From an uncultured Candidatus Binatia bacterium (GTDB lineage Bacteria > Desulfobacterota > Binatia > UBA9968 > JAJDTQ01): a stretch of DNA of 64,000 bases. The first letter of the stretch is position 1, and each line of letters begins with the position of its first letter. The position numbers and the translations under genes were made by a program. Positions 27,372 through 37,388 of the stretch are shown here, one piece after another. Below the pieces are notes generated by a model. It was given only the letters and a program-made list of their open reading frames with translations, did no database searches and was not told where the DNA came from. The stretch spans positions 2,016,001 through 2,080,000 of the forward strand of contig OZ251459.1 of NCBI GenBank assembly GCA_965242525.1. The letters are read 5' to 3'.

Positions 27372-29966
27372 TCATTCGCTCGATAGAAAGTCTACTACCA
27401 GGCGAGAGCGGAGCTTTGTATTCAAACTCGATGCGTCAAGCCCGCTTTGTCGAAACTTTGTCGCCGCGGTTGCACGCCACACTAAATCTTCGCCTGGAGC
27501 AATGAATGTTATTCGCAATTCACGAATAATGGCTATTGCTTTAGTCGCCCAATCCTGAAACTCATCCAGAGGCCATAAGGCTACCTTTTTGAGGTGTGGA
27601 GCTGCAGCCTTTTTGAATTTCTTTACCGGTGTGATCAAGACAGGAAGAATTTCAGCTTGGGCAGTAGCTTTGACATTTTCACGTATCCATTCCGGGTGCG
27701 TGGCCACCTGTCTCGCTTTTTTTATATCCAACGCCGAAGTTTCTTGTGCGCCTGCATGGTCCTCAAAAACAAAACATATACTGCCGGCAATCCACCATGG
27801 GTCCGGTGAGCCATCCTGTTCGACATTATCTGCCTCAAATCCGAGCATATCACCAAGCAGCTTATGGGCGTGCTCAAACGGTCCCTTCTCCTTCGAGTGC
27901 AAACCGTTCAAAATTTCTTTTTCATGTTTGGCAAATTTCCCGTCATGAAACATTCCGAGGTTGGCTAAAACTTTCTCGACTCGCTCTATTTGTTCCATGA
28001 GAATCGGGTTTTCTTCGGGCGATGAGCCATCTTCAGCTCTAGGTTGTGCTAATTGGACCAACCAACGAATACCAGGAGCGGCTTTCTTTGCTTCTGAAAA
28101 ATGTGCTTGGGCCTTCATGGTTAGACTTGGAATACCTGCATTGGCTCCAAGCGTTGCAGCACTTCCAGCAAGATAATGCCACAATGCTCGGTAGCCACGT
28201 AGTTCCGGATTGTTAAGCTTGCCCAATACATTGCCAGCAGAGGCAAGTGCGGCTTCATGGTCTCCTTGCCAGAGTCGTTTTTGGAACTCAACTTCGCCTG
28301 AAACTACAGACTCTAACTCATCTATAGCGGGAAAGCTTTCTTGAGTAGCACCGTTGCGAATGCGGAGTATTTCTTGATTAGCTTCCTCCCAATCTTCGCC
28401 ATTTTCTATGAAGATCTGGAAGTTCTCTACAAGGTTGTTCAAGGTTACCTCTTGTGATTGTTTTACACCGAAAGCAATCTCAGCTTGAAGTTCAGGATGG
28501 AAGTGCTTTCGACGCTTGTTATCGACAAGATAGCCGGTTAACTCCTCACCTGAAACTACAATAGCGGAGTAGTCTTCCAAGGATCTGGTGCAACGACCAA
28601 TCGCCTGGAAAATACGAGTTTGAATACGTTCGCTCAAGAGCAGGCTAGCCCCCATTCGAGTCATAATGAATCGCTCCTGCAAGTTGGTAGCCTTCGGCAA
28701 TCCATCAATGAATAAAAGTCGGCATTCCTGCCCTGGAAAATCAATACCGTCATACCTATTCGCTACAACAGTTACCGCTTGGGGTGCAGAGATAAACGGT
28801 TCCTTGGAAGTTTCTATGTCCTTGGCCTTAAAGATAGGGAAACGGAGATTGTCTTCAATATCCTTGACAATCTCCTCGCACATCTGTTCAGTTGGCACCA
28901 AAACGAGACTTCGTTCTCCATGACGCATGAGTTCTCGGCGTAACTCAGTAGTTTCTTCAGACCTCAGAGACATGTCGGGAAAAATGAAGAAACGGCGCCC
29001 AACACCTTGACGATCCCAACCTTCAGGGATAAAGAGACGCTGAATGCTTTTTCGGCCCATTTGACGTTCCAAATCACCACCAGTGCCAAGGGTTGCCGAC
29101 ATATAGATACGCTGACGAGGATCAGCGAACGGCCGATGCTCCCATGTTGGTGAGATAAGGGGGCGAATTAGAATATCCTGCGAGGAAAGATAAACATGAC
29201 AGGCGTAGATGTGGTCTCGAATCATCGACCATGTATACTTAAGATCATTTTGCTGGACATGTTGATCGAGAATTGCAGTCATATTTTCTGCAATTTGCAT
29301 GAAGTCAGGGGTGGAAATTTTCTCTACCCATGTAAGATCAGCAAGACTGTTTACTTGACCAGAAAGACGGGCAAAGTCAGTAGCTTGAAGCAGTGGTCTG
29401 ATAAGGTTCTGTAAGGCAATGTGGAGTGTCGTGTGTTCTGGCTTGTTCCGCTCTACCTGTAGCGACCAAAGTGGTGAGATATAGTTTTCAGCCACGTGAG
29501 CGTCATCAAGAATAAGTCCATCCGCATCATCGAAAAATGGATTAGTATTGAAAAGACTGCTATAGGTAGTAATCGCCATTGAGTCAGCATTGCGATAATG
29601 AGCTTTCGCTCTTTGATCGTACCCTTGAGCACTTCCTGTGAAGCCAAGAACTGTCAACCCATATTTCCCTCTGGCCTGTTCGACTACTTGATTCACCAAT
29701 TGTCGAGTGGGACAAAGATAGACAATGCGCTCTTGATATTTGCGTCGTCGCCATTCCCCAATGAGTAATCCCACCAGGGTTTTGCCGCTGCCCGTAGGAA
29801 GTTGCAATGCTACGTCCGGTGCATCCATGCTCTTTGACGCATAGATGCTCATAATATCTTTTTGGTGCGGCATGACGTCAGGGATCTTACGTCGTGACAG
29901 TAAACGAAAGAGTTCTTCAGGACTGTCCGGAGGGGCAGTAGGCGGGGAAAGTCTTCTGAATGCCAT
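27372..29966 (-). CDS. SF2 (DinG/XPD-like) helicase with C-terminal PD-(D/E)xK-like domain; Hna-like anti-phage protein
   Basis: LPTGSGKT, LDDAH, YMSAT, YDGIDF, QAIGRCTR, C-terminal SPDPWW...VFEDH; AT-rich relative to flanks. Confidence 0.7.
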   Translation of the reverse strand: MAFRRLSPPTAPPDSPEELFRLLSRRKIPDVMPHQKDIMSIYASKSMDAPDVALQLPTGSGKTLVGLLIGEWRRRKYQERIVYLCPTRQLVNQVVEQARGKYGLTVLGFTGSAQGYDQRAKAHYRNADSMAITTYSSLFNTNPFFDDADGLILDDAHVAENYISPLWSLQVERNKPEHTTLHIALQNLIRPLLQATDFARLSGQVNSLADLTWVEKISTPDFMQIAENMTAILDQHVQQNDLKYTWSMIRDHIYACHVYLSSQDILIRPLISPTWEHRPFADPRQRIYMSATLGTGGDLERQMGRKSIQRLFIPEGWDRQGVGRRFFIFPDMSLRSEETTELRRELMRHGERSLVLVPTEQMCEEIVKDIEDNLRFPIFKAKDIETSKEPFISAPQAVTVVANRYDGIDFPGQECRLLFIDGLPKATNLQERFIMTRMGASLLLSERIQTRIFQAIGRCTRSLEDYSAIVVSGEELTGYLVDNKRRKHFHPELQAEIAFGVKQSQEVTLNNLVENFQIFIENGEDWEEANQEILRIRNGATQESFPAIDELESVVSGEVEFQKRLWQGDHEAALASAGNVLGKLNNPELRGYRALWHYLAGSAATLGANAGIPSLTMKAQAHFSEAKKAAPGIRWLVQLAQPRAEDGSSPEENPILMEQIERVEKVLANLGMFHDGKFAKHEKEILNGLHSKEKGPFEHAHKLLGDMLGFEADNVEQDGSPDPWWIAGSICFVFEDHAGAQETSALDIKKARQVATHPEWIRENVKATAQAEILPVLITPVKKFKKAAAPHLKKVALWPLDEFQDWATKAIAIIRELRITFIAPGEDLVWRATAATKFRQSGLDASSLNTKLRSRLVVDFLSSE

Positions 29967-30076
29967 TGAACACCTTCCTTCTTAGTCGATCCCTATAGAT
30001 GGGACGTCAATGCTAGACTGGCGTGACGGGGCGGCGGACCGTAAGGCCGGCCGAGGCTAGCCGTACACCATTCTCA

Positions 30077-30366
30077 TTATGCTGCTGGCGAAAACCGTTC
30101 CACCCTGATGCCCTTCGCTTTCTTCATGGCGCAGGCCAGTTCGTAGGCGGCCTGAAGCCGATACCAGGTCTCCGCTCCACCGCCGAAGGCCTTGTCAAGA
30201 CGGATCGCCATCTCGGGCGAGATACCGGAACGGCAATTCACGATGTCCGAAAGCCGCTTGCGGCTGACGCCCAGCCTCCGAGCCGCCTCCGTCACGCTGA
30301 GCCCAAGGGTTCCAGGCAATCGTAGCGCACGGACAGTCCCGGATGGGGAGGATCCTTCATCGCCAT
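30077..30366 (-). pseudogene. higA: HigA antitoxin, frameshifted
   Basis: ATG at 30366 gives [24 protein letters not shown]. The HTH ([14 protein letters not shown]...ISPEMAIRL) continues in another frame; span is 290 nt, one base short. Confidence 0.85.
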
Positions 30367-30378
30367 TTCTCCGTCCTC

Positions 30379-30657
30379 CTAATGATAGTCGATCAAGTCC
30401 ACGTCCCTGACATCCCGCCCCTCGAAACGAAAGACGACGCGCCAGTTGCCAGACACGGCGACGGCCCAATAGTCCGCAAGGTCCCCCCTCAACGGATGCA
30501 ACCGAAACCCTGGCAGGTTCATATCCCCAGGTTCTGCTGCTTCGTCGAGACGGGCCAGTACACGTTCGATCTTGGCCATCAACTCAGGCGACACCCGCCG
30601 TCGGTCTCCCTTCCTGAACAGACGTTCCAAGCCCTTGTGTCGAAAGCCGAGGATCAT
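30379..30657 (-). CDS. higB: HigB/RelE-family toxin
   Basis: [14 protein letters not shown]...RLHPLRGD...[11 protein letters not shown]...DLIDYH. Confidence 0.92.
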   Translation of the reverse strand: MILGFRHKGLERLFRKGDRRRVSPELMAKIERVLARLDEAAEPGDMNLPGFRLHPLRGDLADYWAVAVSGNWRVVFRFEGRDVRDVDLIDYH

Positions 30658-30658
30658 C

Positions 30659-30684
30659 TGTAACCTGTCACCGAACAGTTTACA
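30659..30684. promoter_or_regulatory. Probable HigA operator palindrome
   Basis: TGTAACCTGT-caccga-ACAGTTTACA immediately upstream of the higB ATG. Confidence 0.6.
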
Positions 30685-31032
30685 ACTCGACAGGAAAGCA
30701 GTCGTTCCGCGTGATGTTCCGGTTGATGGTCGCAGCCCGACTCGGGCTGCCCGTCGGGGTGATTCCCTGTCCGGTCGGCTGACCGCCAAGGAATCGAATG
30801 GATTAGGCTGAGTTACCCTGATCGCTCACCCAAGGGTCTCAACGGATTGAGACCCCTGCTGAACCGTGCCTACCATGCGGCGTGTTCGATGGCAAGGCGC
30901 CGCCGGCGCGCTGGCTTGCACGACTGCGAGGCTGCATGGTCGAGGCGGCCACTGCCGAACTCACGGCCGGTCGGAAGGCTCGGACCCTCGTCGCCCCTAT
31001 GAATAATCCCGCCCCCTGCTACATTGGGGTGC

Positions 31033-32085
31033 ATGAAAGTCGGCATCACGGGGTTTCCCCGGGCGGGGAAGACCACCCTCTACAACGCCCTTACGGGGCT
31101 CAGCGCCGAGGTGGGGGGCTTCCATAGCGGGCGCGAGCCGGCCATGGCCGTGGTCAAGGTGCCGGACCCGCGGGTGGACGCGCTGAGCGAGATCGTCCAT
31201 CCCAGGGAGAAGAAGTACGCGGAGATCGACTTCCTGGACTTCCCGCCGTCACAGGAACGGAAGGCCGCCCTGGAAACCCGGTCGCTGGCGCAGATGCGCG
31301 AGGTGGACGCCCTGGCCCAGGTGGTCACGGCCTTTGCCGACCCCATGGCCGACGAGCCCCCGGCGCCCCTGCGGGACCTCAAGGCGTTCCAGGCCGAGTT
31401 GATCTTGGCCGACCTCGCGGTGGTCGAGAAGCGGTTGGAGCGGATCCGCAAGGAGACCGGCAAGGACCACAAGCGGGAGTCGGACCTGCTGGCGCGCTGT
31501 CAACGGACCCTGGAGGACGAACGCCCCCTGCGGAACCTGGAGTTCCTGCCGGAGGAAGAGGGGCTGCTCTCGGGCTTCGCGTTCCTGAGCGCCAAGCCCC
31601 TGCTGGTGGTCCACAACGCCGACGAGACCGCGCTGCAGGAGCCGGTCCCCGAAGACGTCCGGGAATACGCCCGGACGGAGGACCTGACTGTAGTCCCCGT
31701 CTGCGGCAAGCTGGAGATGGAGGTCGCGCAACTGGACCCCGAGGAGCGCGCCGAGTTCCTTTCGGAGCTCGGGCTTGCCGAGACCGCGCGCGACCGCTTC
31801 ATCCGCCAAGCCTATGAACACCTGCGGCTCATGAGCTTCTTCACCGCAGGCCCCACCGAGGTCCGCGCCTGGACCATCCCCCGCGGCACCGCCGCGGTAA
31901 AGGCCGCGGGCAAGATCCACTCGGACATCGAACGCGGCTTCATCCGCGCCGAGGTCATTTCCTACGGGGACTACGTGGAGCACCGGGGAGAGGCCGGCTG
32001 CCGCGCCGCCGGGAAACTCCGGCTCGAAGGCAAAGGCTACGTGGTTCAGGATGGCGACGTGATGCACATACGATTCAACGTGTGA
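31033..32085 (+). CDS. ychF: Redox-regulated ATPase YchF
   Basis: GFPRAGKTT, ELILADL, AAGKIHSDIERGFIRAEV, RLEGKGYVVQDGD...FNV. Confidence 0.93.
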   Translation: MKVGITGFPRAGKTTLYNALTGLSAEVGGFHSGREPAMAVVKVPDPRVDALSEIVHPREKKYAEIDFLDFPPSQERKAALETRSLAQMREVDALAQVVTAFADPMADEPPAPLRDLKAFQAELILADLAVVEKRLERIRKETGKDHKRESDLLARCQRTLEDERPLRNLEFLPEEEGLLSGFAFLSAKPLLVVHNADETALQEPVPEDVREYARTEDLTVVPVCGKLEMEVAQLDPEERAEFLSELGLAETARDRFIRQAYEHLRLMSFFTAGPTEVRAWTIPRGTAAVKAAGKIHSDIERGFIRAEVISYGDYVEHRGEAGCRAAGKLRLEGKGYVVQDGDVMHIRFNV

Positions 32086-32116
32086 CGGGAACCGGTCAGC
32101 TTTCGGTGCTCTTTCC

Positions 32117-32451
32117 GGCGCTTCAGGAATTCGTGTGGGTTGAGACACTCCCCACGCACGCGACGAAATCCGCTTCCCTCCCATTCCGACCATGCCGTCC
32201 TCGGTTTGGCGGCGCGGACGCCCCATCCCGTCATTCCCGCGAAAGCGGGAATCCATCCTTGTGAAAACTCCCCGTGCTTCCATCCTTCCGACCCAACCCC
32301 ATGGCGCCATGCATGAGAACAATGAAACTGGATTCCCGCTTTCGCGGGAATGACGGGGCAGGCGTCTGCGGGGCAATGACGGCATGACCCCTTTCCCTCC
32401 CCTTTCGCTCATCTTTCCCTTCTACCTTACCCACACAAAAGCCGGAAGACC
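32117..32451. mobile_element. MITE family B copy (opposite orientation to the 12512 copy)
   Basis: GGCGCTTCAGGAATTCGTGTGGGT ... ACCCACACAAAAGCCGGAAGACC with an inner palindrome pair; no clear target duplication. Confidence 0.85.
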
Positions 32452-32475
32452 AACAATCCAACCACCGCAACGACC

Positions 32476-33636
32476 CTACCCGGCCACGAGGTCGCCGCGC
32501 CAGAGGCGGGCCAAGAAGGTGGAGGCCGGCAACACGTCGATGCCGTCGTCCGTCCGTCTTCCCCGGGGCTCCAGACAGACCACCACACGCCGGCCGACGC
32601 CCGGATACTCCGCGGCCAGGCTCCGCAGTCCCCTCAGATGGTTCTGCGTGATCCGGGCGCTGGCCTTGGCTTCCACCGCGAGACGCATGTCGCCGAGCAC
32701 GAAATCCACCTCGGTGCCGCCAGCGAGGCGCCAGTAGGACAACTCGTCGTCCAGCTCCCGGTAGGCGCGGAAGGCGGAAAGCTCGTGGAAGACCCAGTTC
32801 TCGAACGCCTTTCCGTAGAGCGCCGAACCCGGGACCAGCGTGCCCCTTCGGGCCAGCCGGTTTACCACGCCGACGTCCGCGAAGTAGAACTTCGGCGCGC
32901 GCACCGTTCGCCGTTTGCGGCGTTTCCGCCAAGCCGGCAGCCGGCGCCCCAACAGGGTGTCTTCGAGGATCTCGAAATAACCCTTGGCCGTGTGGCTGGA
33001 CACCGCGCACTCGCTGGCGATGTTGGAGAAGTTGACCATCTCTCCGTCGCTCAGGGCCGCGGCGTCCAGAAAACCCGAGAAGGCCGGCAGGTTGCGGACC
33101 AGGCCCTCCGCGGCCACTTCCTCCTTGAGGTAGTCGGCCACGTACCCGTCCAGCAGCCGTTCCGGTCGGCTGGCCTCGTACATGCGCGGCAGGTAGCCGC
33201 GGTTCAGCAGCCGGGTCAGGTCGAAGCCGCTGCCGACCTCGTCCGCGGTGAGGCCGTGCAGCTCGTACCGCACCGCCCTTCCGCCGAGCAGGTTGGCGGC
33301 GCCGCGCCTCACCTTGCGCGCGCTGGACCCGCACAGGGCGAAGCACAGCCCGCGGTTCTCCATCAACCAGTGGACCTCGTCCAGCAGCGCGGGAACCTTC
33401 TGGACCTCGTCGATGACGACCCGGCTGCCGGCCGGCAGTCCTTCCGCCTCGACTTCCTCGCGCAGCCGCTCGGGATGGACCGCGTAGCGCCGGAACTCGT
33501 CGGTCTTCAGCAGGTCGAGCCAGCGGACCCGCGGGTAGCGCTGCCGCAGCAGCGTGCTCTTGCCGGTCTGGCGCGCTCCCCACAGGAAGAAGGTCTCCTG
33601 CCCCGGACCGGGCAGGGAGAGGTTTCGTTGGAACAT
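32476..33636 (-). CDS. AAA_14/DUF4143 ATPase
   Basis: GARQTGKST, IDEVQK, GSSA, PKFYFADVG, EVDFV...VEAK. Confidence 0.85.
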   Translation of the reverse strand: MFQRNLSLPGPGQETFFLWGARQTGKSTLLRQRYPRVRWLDLLKTDEFRRYAVHPERLREEVEAEGLPAGSRVVIDEVQKVPALLDEVHWLMENRGLCFALCGSSARKVRRGAANLLGGRAVRYELHGLTADEVGSGFDLTRLLNRGYLPRMYEASRPERLLDGYVADYLKEEVAAEGLVRNLPAFSGFLDAAALSDGEMVNFSNIASECAVSSHTAKGYFEILEDTLLGRRLPAWRKRRKRRTVRAPKFYFADVGVVNRLARRGTLVPGSALYGKAFENWVFHELSAFRAYRELDDELSYWRLAGGTEVDFVLGDMRLAVEAKASARITQNHLRGLRSLAAEYPGVGRRVVVCLEPRGRRTDDGIDVLPASTFLARLWRGDLVAG

Positions 33637-33688
33637 GTGCTTCAGCTTATCATGTTAATTGGAATCGCTGCTTCAAATTATCACAGCA

Positions 33689-33900
33689 GAAAACCCTGGA
33701 CAATTACCCCCGTTCGCTTTCCTGCGGGAGAGGAAGTTGAAGCCGGAATTGGTCAGGGTTTCCCGTAATCGGAACATCTGGACAACCGAGACATCCGGAA
33801 TAGATCCCCTTGCCCTGGCCCTCCCATCCCCGCTCGTCCTGAGCGTAGCGTAGCGGAGTCAAAGGACGCGCCCTTGCTCCTCCGATTGTTCCGGGGTTCC
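33689..33900 (-). mobile_element. Two adjacent MITE-A copies (33689-33763 internally deleted; 33771-33900)
   Basis: TIR-like ends; the second copy is flanked by AATC/GATC. Confidence 0.75.
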
Positions 33901-33912
33901 GATCGAAAGGTC

Positions 33913-35217
33913 TCAACGGATCATGGTGTTCGGCAGGAACAGGGCGATGTCCGGGAAGGCCACGAGGATCGCCAGGCACACGGCCATGGCGATCCAGAAG
34001 GGCAGGATGCCGGCGAATATCTGCGTCATGGGCACGTCTTCGGCGATGCCCTTGACCACGAAGACGTTGACCCCCACCGGGGGGCTGATGAGTCCCATCT
34101 CCAGCACGATGACCATGACCACGCCGAACCAGATGGGGTCGTATCCCAGGGTCAGGATGATGGGATGCACGATGGGGAGGGTGAGCACCAGCATGGCGAA
34201 GCCCTCCAGGAACATCCCGAGCACGATGTAGGCGGCCAGCAGGATGGCGAGCACCGCCAGCCGGGGCAGCTCCATGCCCACCAGCGTCTCGGCCAGGTCC
34301 GTGGGGATGTGGGTCAACGCCAGGAACGGGTTGAAGATGTGGGCGCCCACCAGGATGAGGAAGACCAGGGCGGTGGTGCGCACGCTCTCCAGGGACAGGG
34401 ACGAAAGCGACGCCCACGACAGGCGGCCCCGCACCAGGGCCAGCAGCAGGGCCAGGAAGGCCCCCACGCCCGCGGCCTCGGTGGGGGTGAAGAGGCCCGC
34501 GTAGATGCCGCCGATGGTCAGGGCCACGATGCCGATCATGGCGCTGGCCTGCCGGACCGCCCGGACCCGGTCACGGACCGGGGAAGCCGGACCCGGGGGT
34601 CCCAGGTGCGGACGGATGCGGGTCTGGATGAATATGGACAGGATGAACAGCCCGGTGAGCAGCAGCCCCGGGAAGACCCCGGCCAGGAACAGGCGCCCGA
34701 TGGATTCCTCGGTCAGGATGGCGTAGATCACGAAGCCGGTGCTCGGAGGGATGAGGATGCCCAGGGTGCCGCCCGCGGCGATGGCGCCCGTGGCCAGGCG
34801 CGGGTCGTAGCGGTAGGCGCGCATCTCCGGCAGCGACACCTTGCCCATGGTCACGGCCGCTGCCACCGAAGACCCGGACAGGGCCGCGAACCCGGCGCAC
34901 GCGGCAATGGTGGCCGAGGCCAGGCCGCCGCGCCAGTGGCCGAACCAGACGTAGGCCGCGGCGTAGAGGTCGCGGCTCATGCCGGAGACCGTGGCGAAGT
35001 TCCCCATGAGCACGAACAACGGTATGACGATGAGCTCGTAGTTGGTGGCGATGACGAAGGGCTCGCTGCCCAGCATGGCCAGGGCCGGCCCCCAGCCGTT
35101 GAGGGCGCCGAACCCCAGGAGGCCCACGAGCATCATGGCGATGCCCACGGGCATACGGAGGGCCAGCAGCACGAACAGCCCCGCCAACCCCAGCAGCCCC
35201 GCGCCCGTGGGACTCAT
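33913..35217 (-). CDS. dctM: TRAP transporter large permease
   Basis: IPLFVLMG, GGTLGILIPPS, FTPTEAA, ISPPVG. Confidence 0.92.
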   Translation of the reverse strand: MSPTGAGLLGLAGLFVLLALRMPVGIAMMLVGLLGFGALNGWGPALAMLGSEPFVIATNYELIVIPLFVLMGNFATVSGMSRDLYAAAYVWFGHWRGGLASATIAACAGFAALSGSSVAAAVTMGKVSLPEMRAYRYDPRLATGAIAAGGTLGILIPPSTGFVIYAILTEESIGRLFLAGVFPGLLLTGLFILSIFIQTRIRPHLGPPGPASPVRDRVRAVRQASAMIGIVALTIGGIYAGLFTPTEAAGVGAFLALLLALVRGRLSWASLSSLSLESVRTTALVFLILVGAHIFNPFLALTHIPTDLAETLVGMELPRLAVLAILLAAYIVLGMFLEGFAMLVLTLPIVHPIILTLGYDPIWFGVVMVIVLEMGLISPPVGVNVFVVKGIAEDVPMTQIFAGILPFWIAMAVCLAILVAFPDIALFLPNTMIR

Positions 35218-35732
35218 TCCGCTTTCTCTCGGGGACCCCGGAGGATGCCCGCGGCCCCCTGGATCAGCAGCACCAGGGCGAACAGCAACCAGCCGAAGCT
35301 CATCAGGAACACGAAGGGATGGTGCGGGATCTCCACCAGGTTGGACGCCTCGCCGTACTCCAGGGCGTCCAGCCCCTGCCCCAGGGCCTGCACCGAGACG
35401 TAGCCGAACAGGACCGCGCCCGCGAGCCGCATCAAGGCGTCGGTGTAGCGCAACCGGCTCTCGTCCACCACCGAACTGATGAGGTCCACCGCCACGTGGC
35501 CGCCGGTCCAGCCGCAGTAGGGTATCCCCAGGAAGACCACCACCGCCAGGCTCAACTCGGAGATGTCCTGGGCGCCGAGGATGGGCGCGTTGAAGACGTA
35601 ACGCATCACCACCGCGGCCACCGTCAGCCCCATGAGCCACAGGAGCGCGGCCCCGGCCGCGTATGCCAGGAGGCGGGTGGTCCGGCCCGCGGTCGCGCCC
35701 CCCGGCAACGCAGAGCCCGGTTCGCTATGCAT
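35214..35732 (-). CDS. dctQ: TRAP transporter small permease
   Basis: Four TM helices, VVMRYVFNAPILG, GGHVAVD. Confidence 0.88.
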   Translation of the reverse strand: MHSEPGSALPGGATAGRTTRLLAYAAGAALLWLMGLTVAAVVMRYVFNAPILGAQDISELSLAVVVFLGIPYCGWTGGHVAVDLISSVVDESRLRYTDALMRLAGAVLFGYVSVQALGQGLDALEYGEASNLVEIPHHPFVFLMSFGWLLFALVLLIQGAAGILRGPREKAE

Positions 35733-35738
35733 GGCGAA

Positions 35739-35848
35739 GGAACCTCTGGTCCATTCCGGCGTGAGGCGCCTCTCCCTATGGGAAAGCGCGTCCTTCGACT
35801 TCGCTTCGCTGCGCTCGGGACGAACGGAGGCAACCGTTCCGAGTTTCC
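35739..35848 (+). mobile_element. MITE-A copy (110-bp subtype) inside the TRAP operon
   Basis: GGAACCTCTGG...CCGTTCCGAGTTTCC with perfect CGAA duplication. Confidence 0.85.
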
Positions 35849-35865
35849 CGAACGCCGTTACCGGC

Positions 35866-36885
35866 TCATCCGCCCATGCCCATGGCCGCGAGGACCTTGC
35901 CCGCGTCGATGTCCTTGGCCGAGAGGGCCTCGACCGTCTTGCTGCGGACGCCGCTCAATGCCTGGCGGAAGCGCTTGTCCTCCGCGTCGGACAGGCGGAT
36001 GACCTCGCCCCTTCCGCTCTTCTCCTCCCCCGCCAGCGAGCTTGCCCCGGCCTTCTTGTAGATGCCCGCGGCCTTGACGCTCAGGGCCTCGCCCGAGGTC
36101 TCGTCCACGATCTTCCTGTGCTCGGCCGAAAGGCCGTCGTAGGCCTTGCGGTTCATCACCAGGAAGAACGCGGTGTTGGCGAAGGGTCCCACCGTATAGT
36201 ACTTGGCCACTTCGCCGATCTTGAAGCTGCGGATGACGCTCGGCGCCACCAGCAGCCCGTCCACCACCCCGGTCTTGAGGGCGTTGTACATGCGCGTGAC
36301 GGGCATGGCCACGGGAGTGGCCCCCAGCGCCGAGATGATGTCGCCCTGGAGCTTGGAGGGAGTGCGGATCTTCATGCCCTTCACGTCGTCCAGGGTCCGC
36401 ACCGCCTTGTTCCTGGTCATGATGACGGCCCTGTCGTTGGTCCACAGGGCGAGGATCCGGGTGCGGTCGTATTCCCCCTCCACCGCGCCCACAGCCTTCC
36501 ACAGCATCCTGGTGGCCGCCACCGCGTCCGGGGCGATCCCCGGCAACTCCACCAGCAGCGTCCTCGGGAAGAGCGATGACGTGTATCCCTGCAACCCGAA
36601 GGTGATGTCCGCGATGCCGTCCACCGCCCGCTTGTACTGGGCCGCCGGCCCCTTGCCCAGCTCCCCGCCGGGGTAGATCCGCACCGTCAACGAACCGTTG
36701 CTGCGCTTCGCCACCTCGTCCCCCCACGGCCGCATCACCAGCCGGTCCATGGGGTGCTTGGGAGACGTGAAGTGGGCGAGCTTGAGCTCCACCGCGTGCG
36801 CCGCCACCCCCAGCGCCGCGAGCCAGCCGCACAACGCGGCCGCCGCCGCCAACGTCCTGAAACAGCTTCCGAGTGATTGGGACAT
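35866..36885 (-). CDS. dctP: TRAP transporter substrate-binding protein
   Basis: Signal peptide, YPGGELG, KGMKIRTP, YNALKTGVVDG. Confidence 0.9.
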   Translation of the reverse strand: MSQSLGSCFRTLAAAAALCGWLAALGVAAHAVELKLAHFTSPKHPMDRLVMRPWGDEVAKRSNGSLTVRIYPGGELGKGPAAQYKRAVDGIADITFGLQGYTSSLFPRTLLVELPGIAPDAVAATRMLWKAVGAVEGEYDRTRILALWTNDRAVIMTRNKAVRTLDDVKGMKIRTPSKLQGDIISALGATPVAMPVTRMYNALKTGVVDGLLVAPSVIRSFKIGEVAKYYTVGPFANTAFFLVMNRKAYDGLSAEHRKIVDETSGEALSVKAAGIYKKAGASSLAGEEKSGRGEVIRLSDAEDKRFRQALSGVRSKTVEALSAKDIDAGKVLAAMGMGG

Positions 36886-37037
36886 GGTCCGTCCTCCTTT
36901 CGACACATGCACGATTGCAAGCGGAAGCAGACTAACCGAACCGTTGCACGAGTGTCAACGAAACGCCACTGCCGCGGGCGCACGGCAGCAGCGCGCTCGC
37001 TCCCCCGCCGAAGCTCGCGGCCGCCTTCCGCCGTATA

Positions 37038-37178
37038 GGAACCTCTGAACAATCGAGAGATCCAGGATGGATCCCCGCTTCCCTCACCCTGACGCCCCTA
37101 TCCCCGTTCGTCCTGAGCGTAGCGAAGCGAAGTCGAAGGACGCGCTTATGCCCCCTGTCCCGATCGTTCGGAGGTTCC
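37038..37178 (-). mobile_element. MITE-A copy
   Basis: GGAACCTCTGAACAATCG ... CGATCGTTCGGAGGTTCC with perfect TATA duplication. Confidence 0.9.
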
Positions 37179-37208
37179 TATACTGTTTCCGTGCCGCGTC
37201 CGGTATAA

Positions 37209-37337
37209 AGGAACCCTGAACAATCGAGCCGTGGATGGGGCTATTCCCTCACGTGACCTTCCCATCCCCGTTCGTCCTGAGCGTAGCGAAGCGAAGTCGA
37301 AGGGCGCGCTCTTCCCTCGGGACCGTTCAGGGTTTCC
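37209..37337 (-). mobile_element. MITE-A copy
   Basis: Degenerate TIRs and core; flanks ATAA/ACAA. Confidence 0.8.
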
Positions 37338-37388
37338 ACAAACGGGGCAGCGGGGCGCGCAAGGCTTTCGTCAACCGGAAGGAACTCC

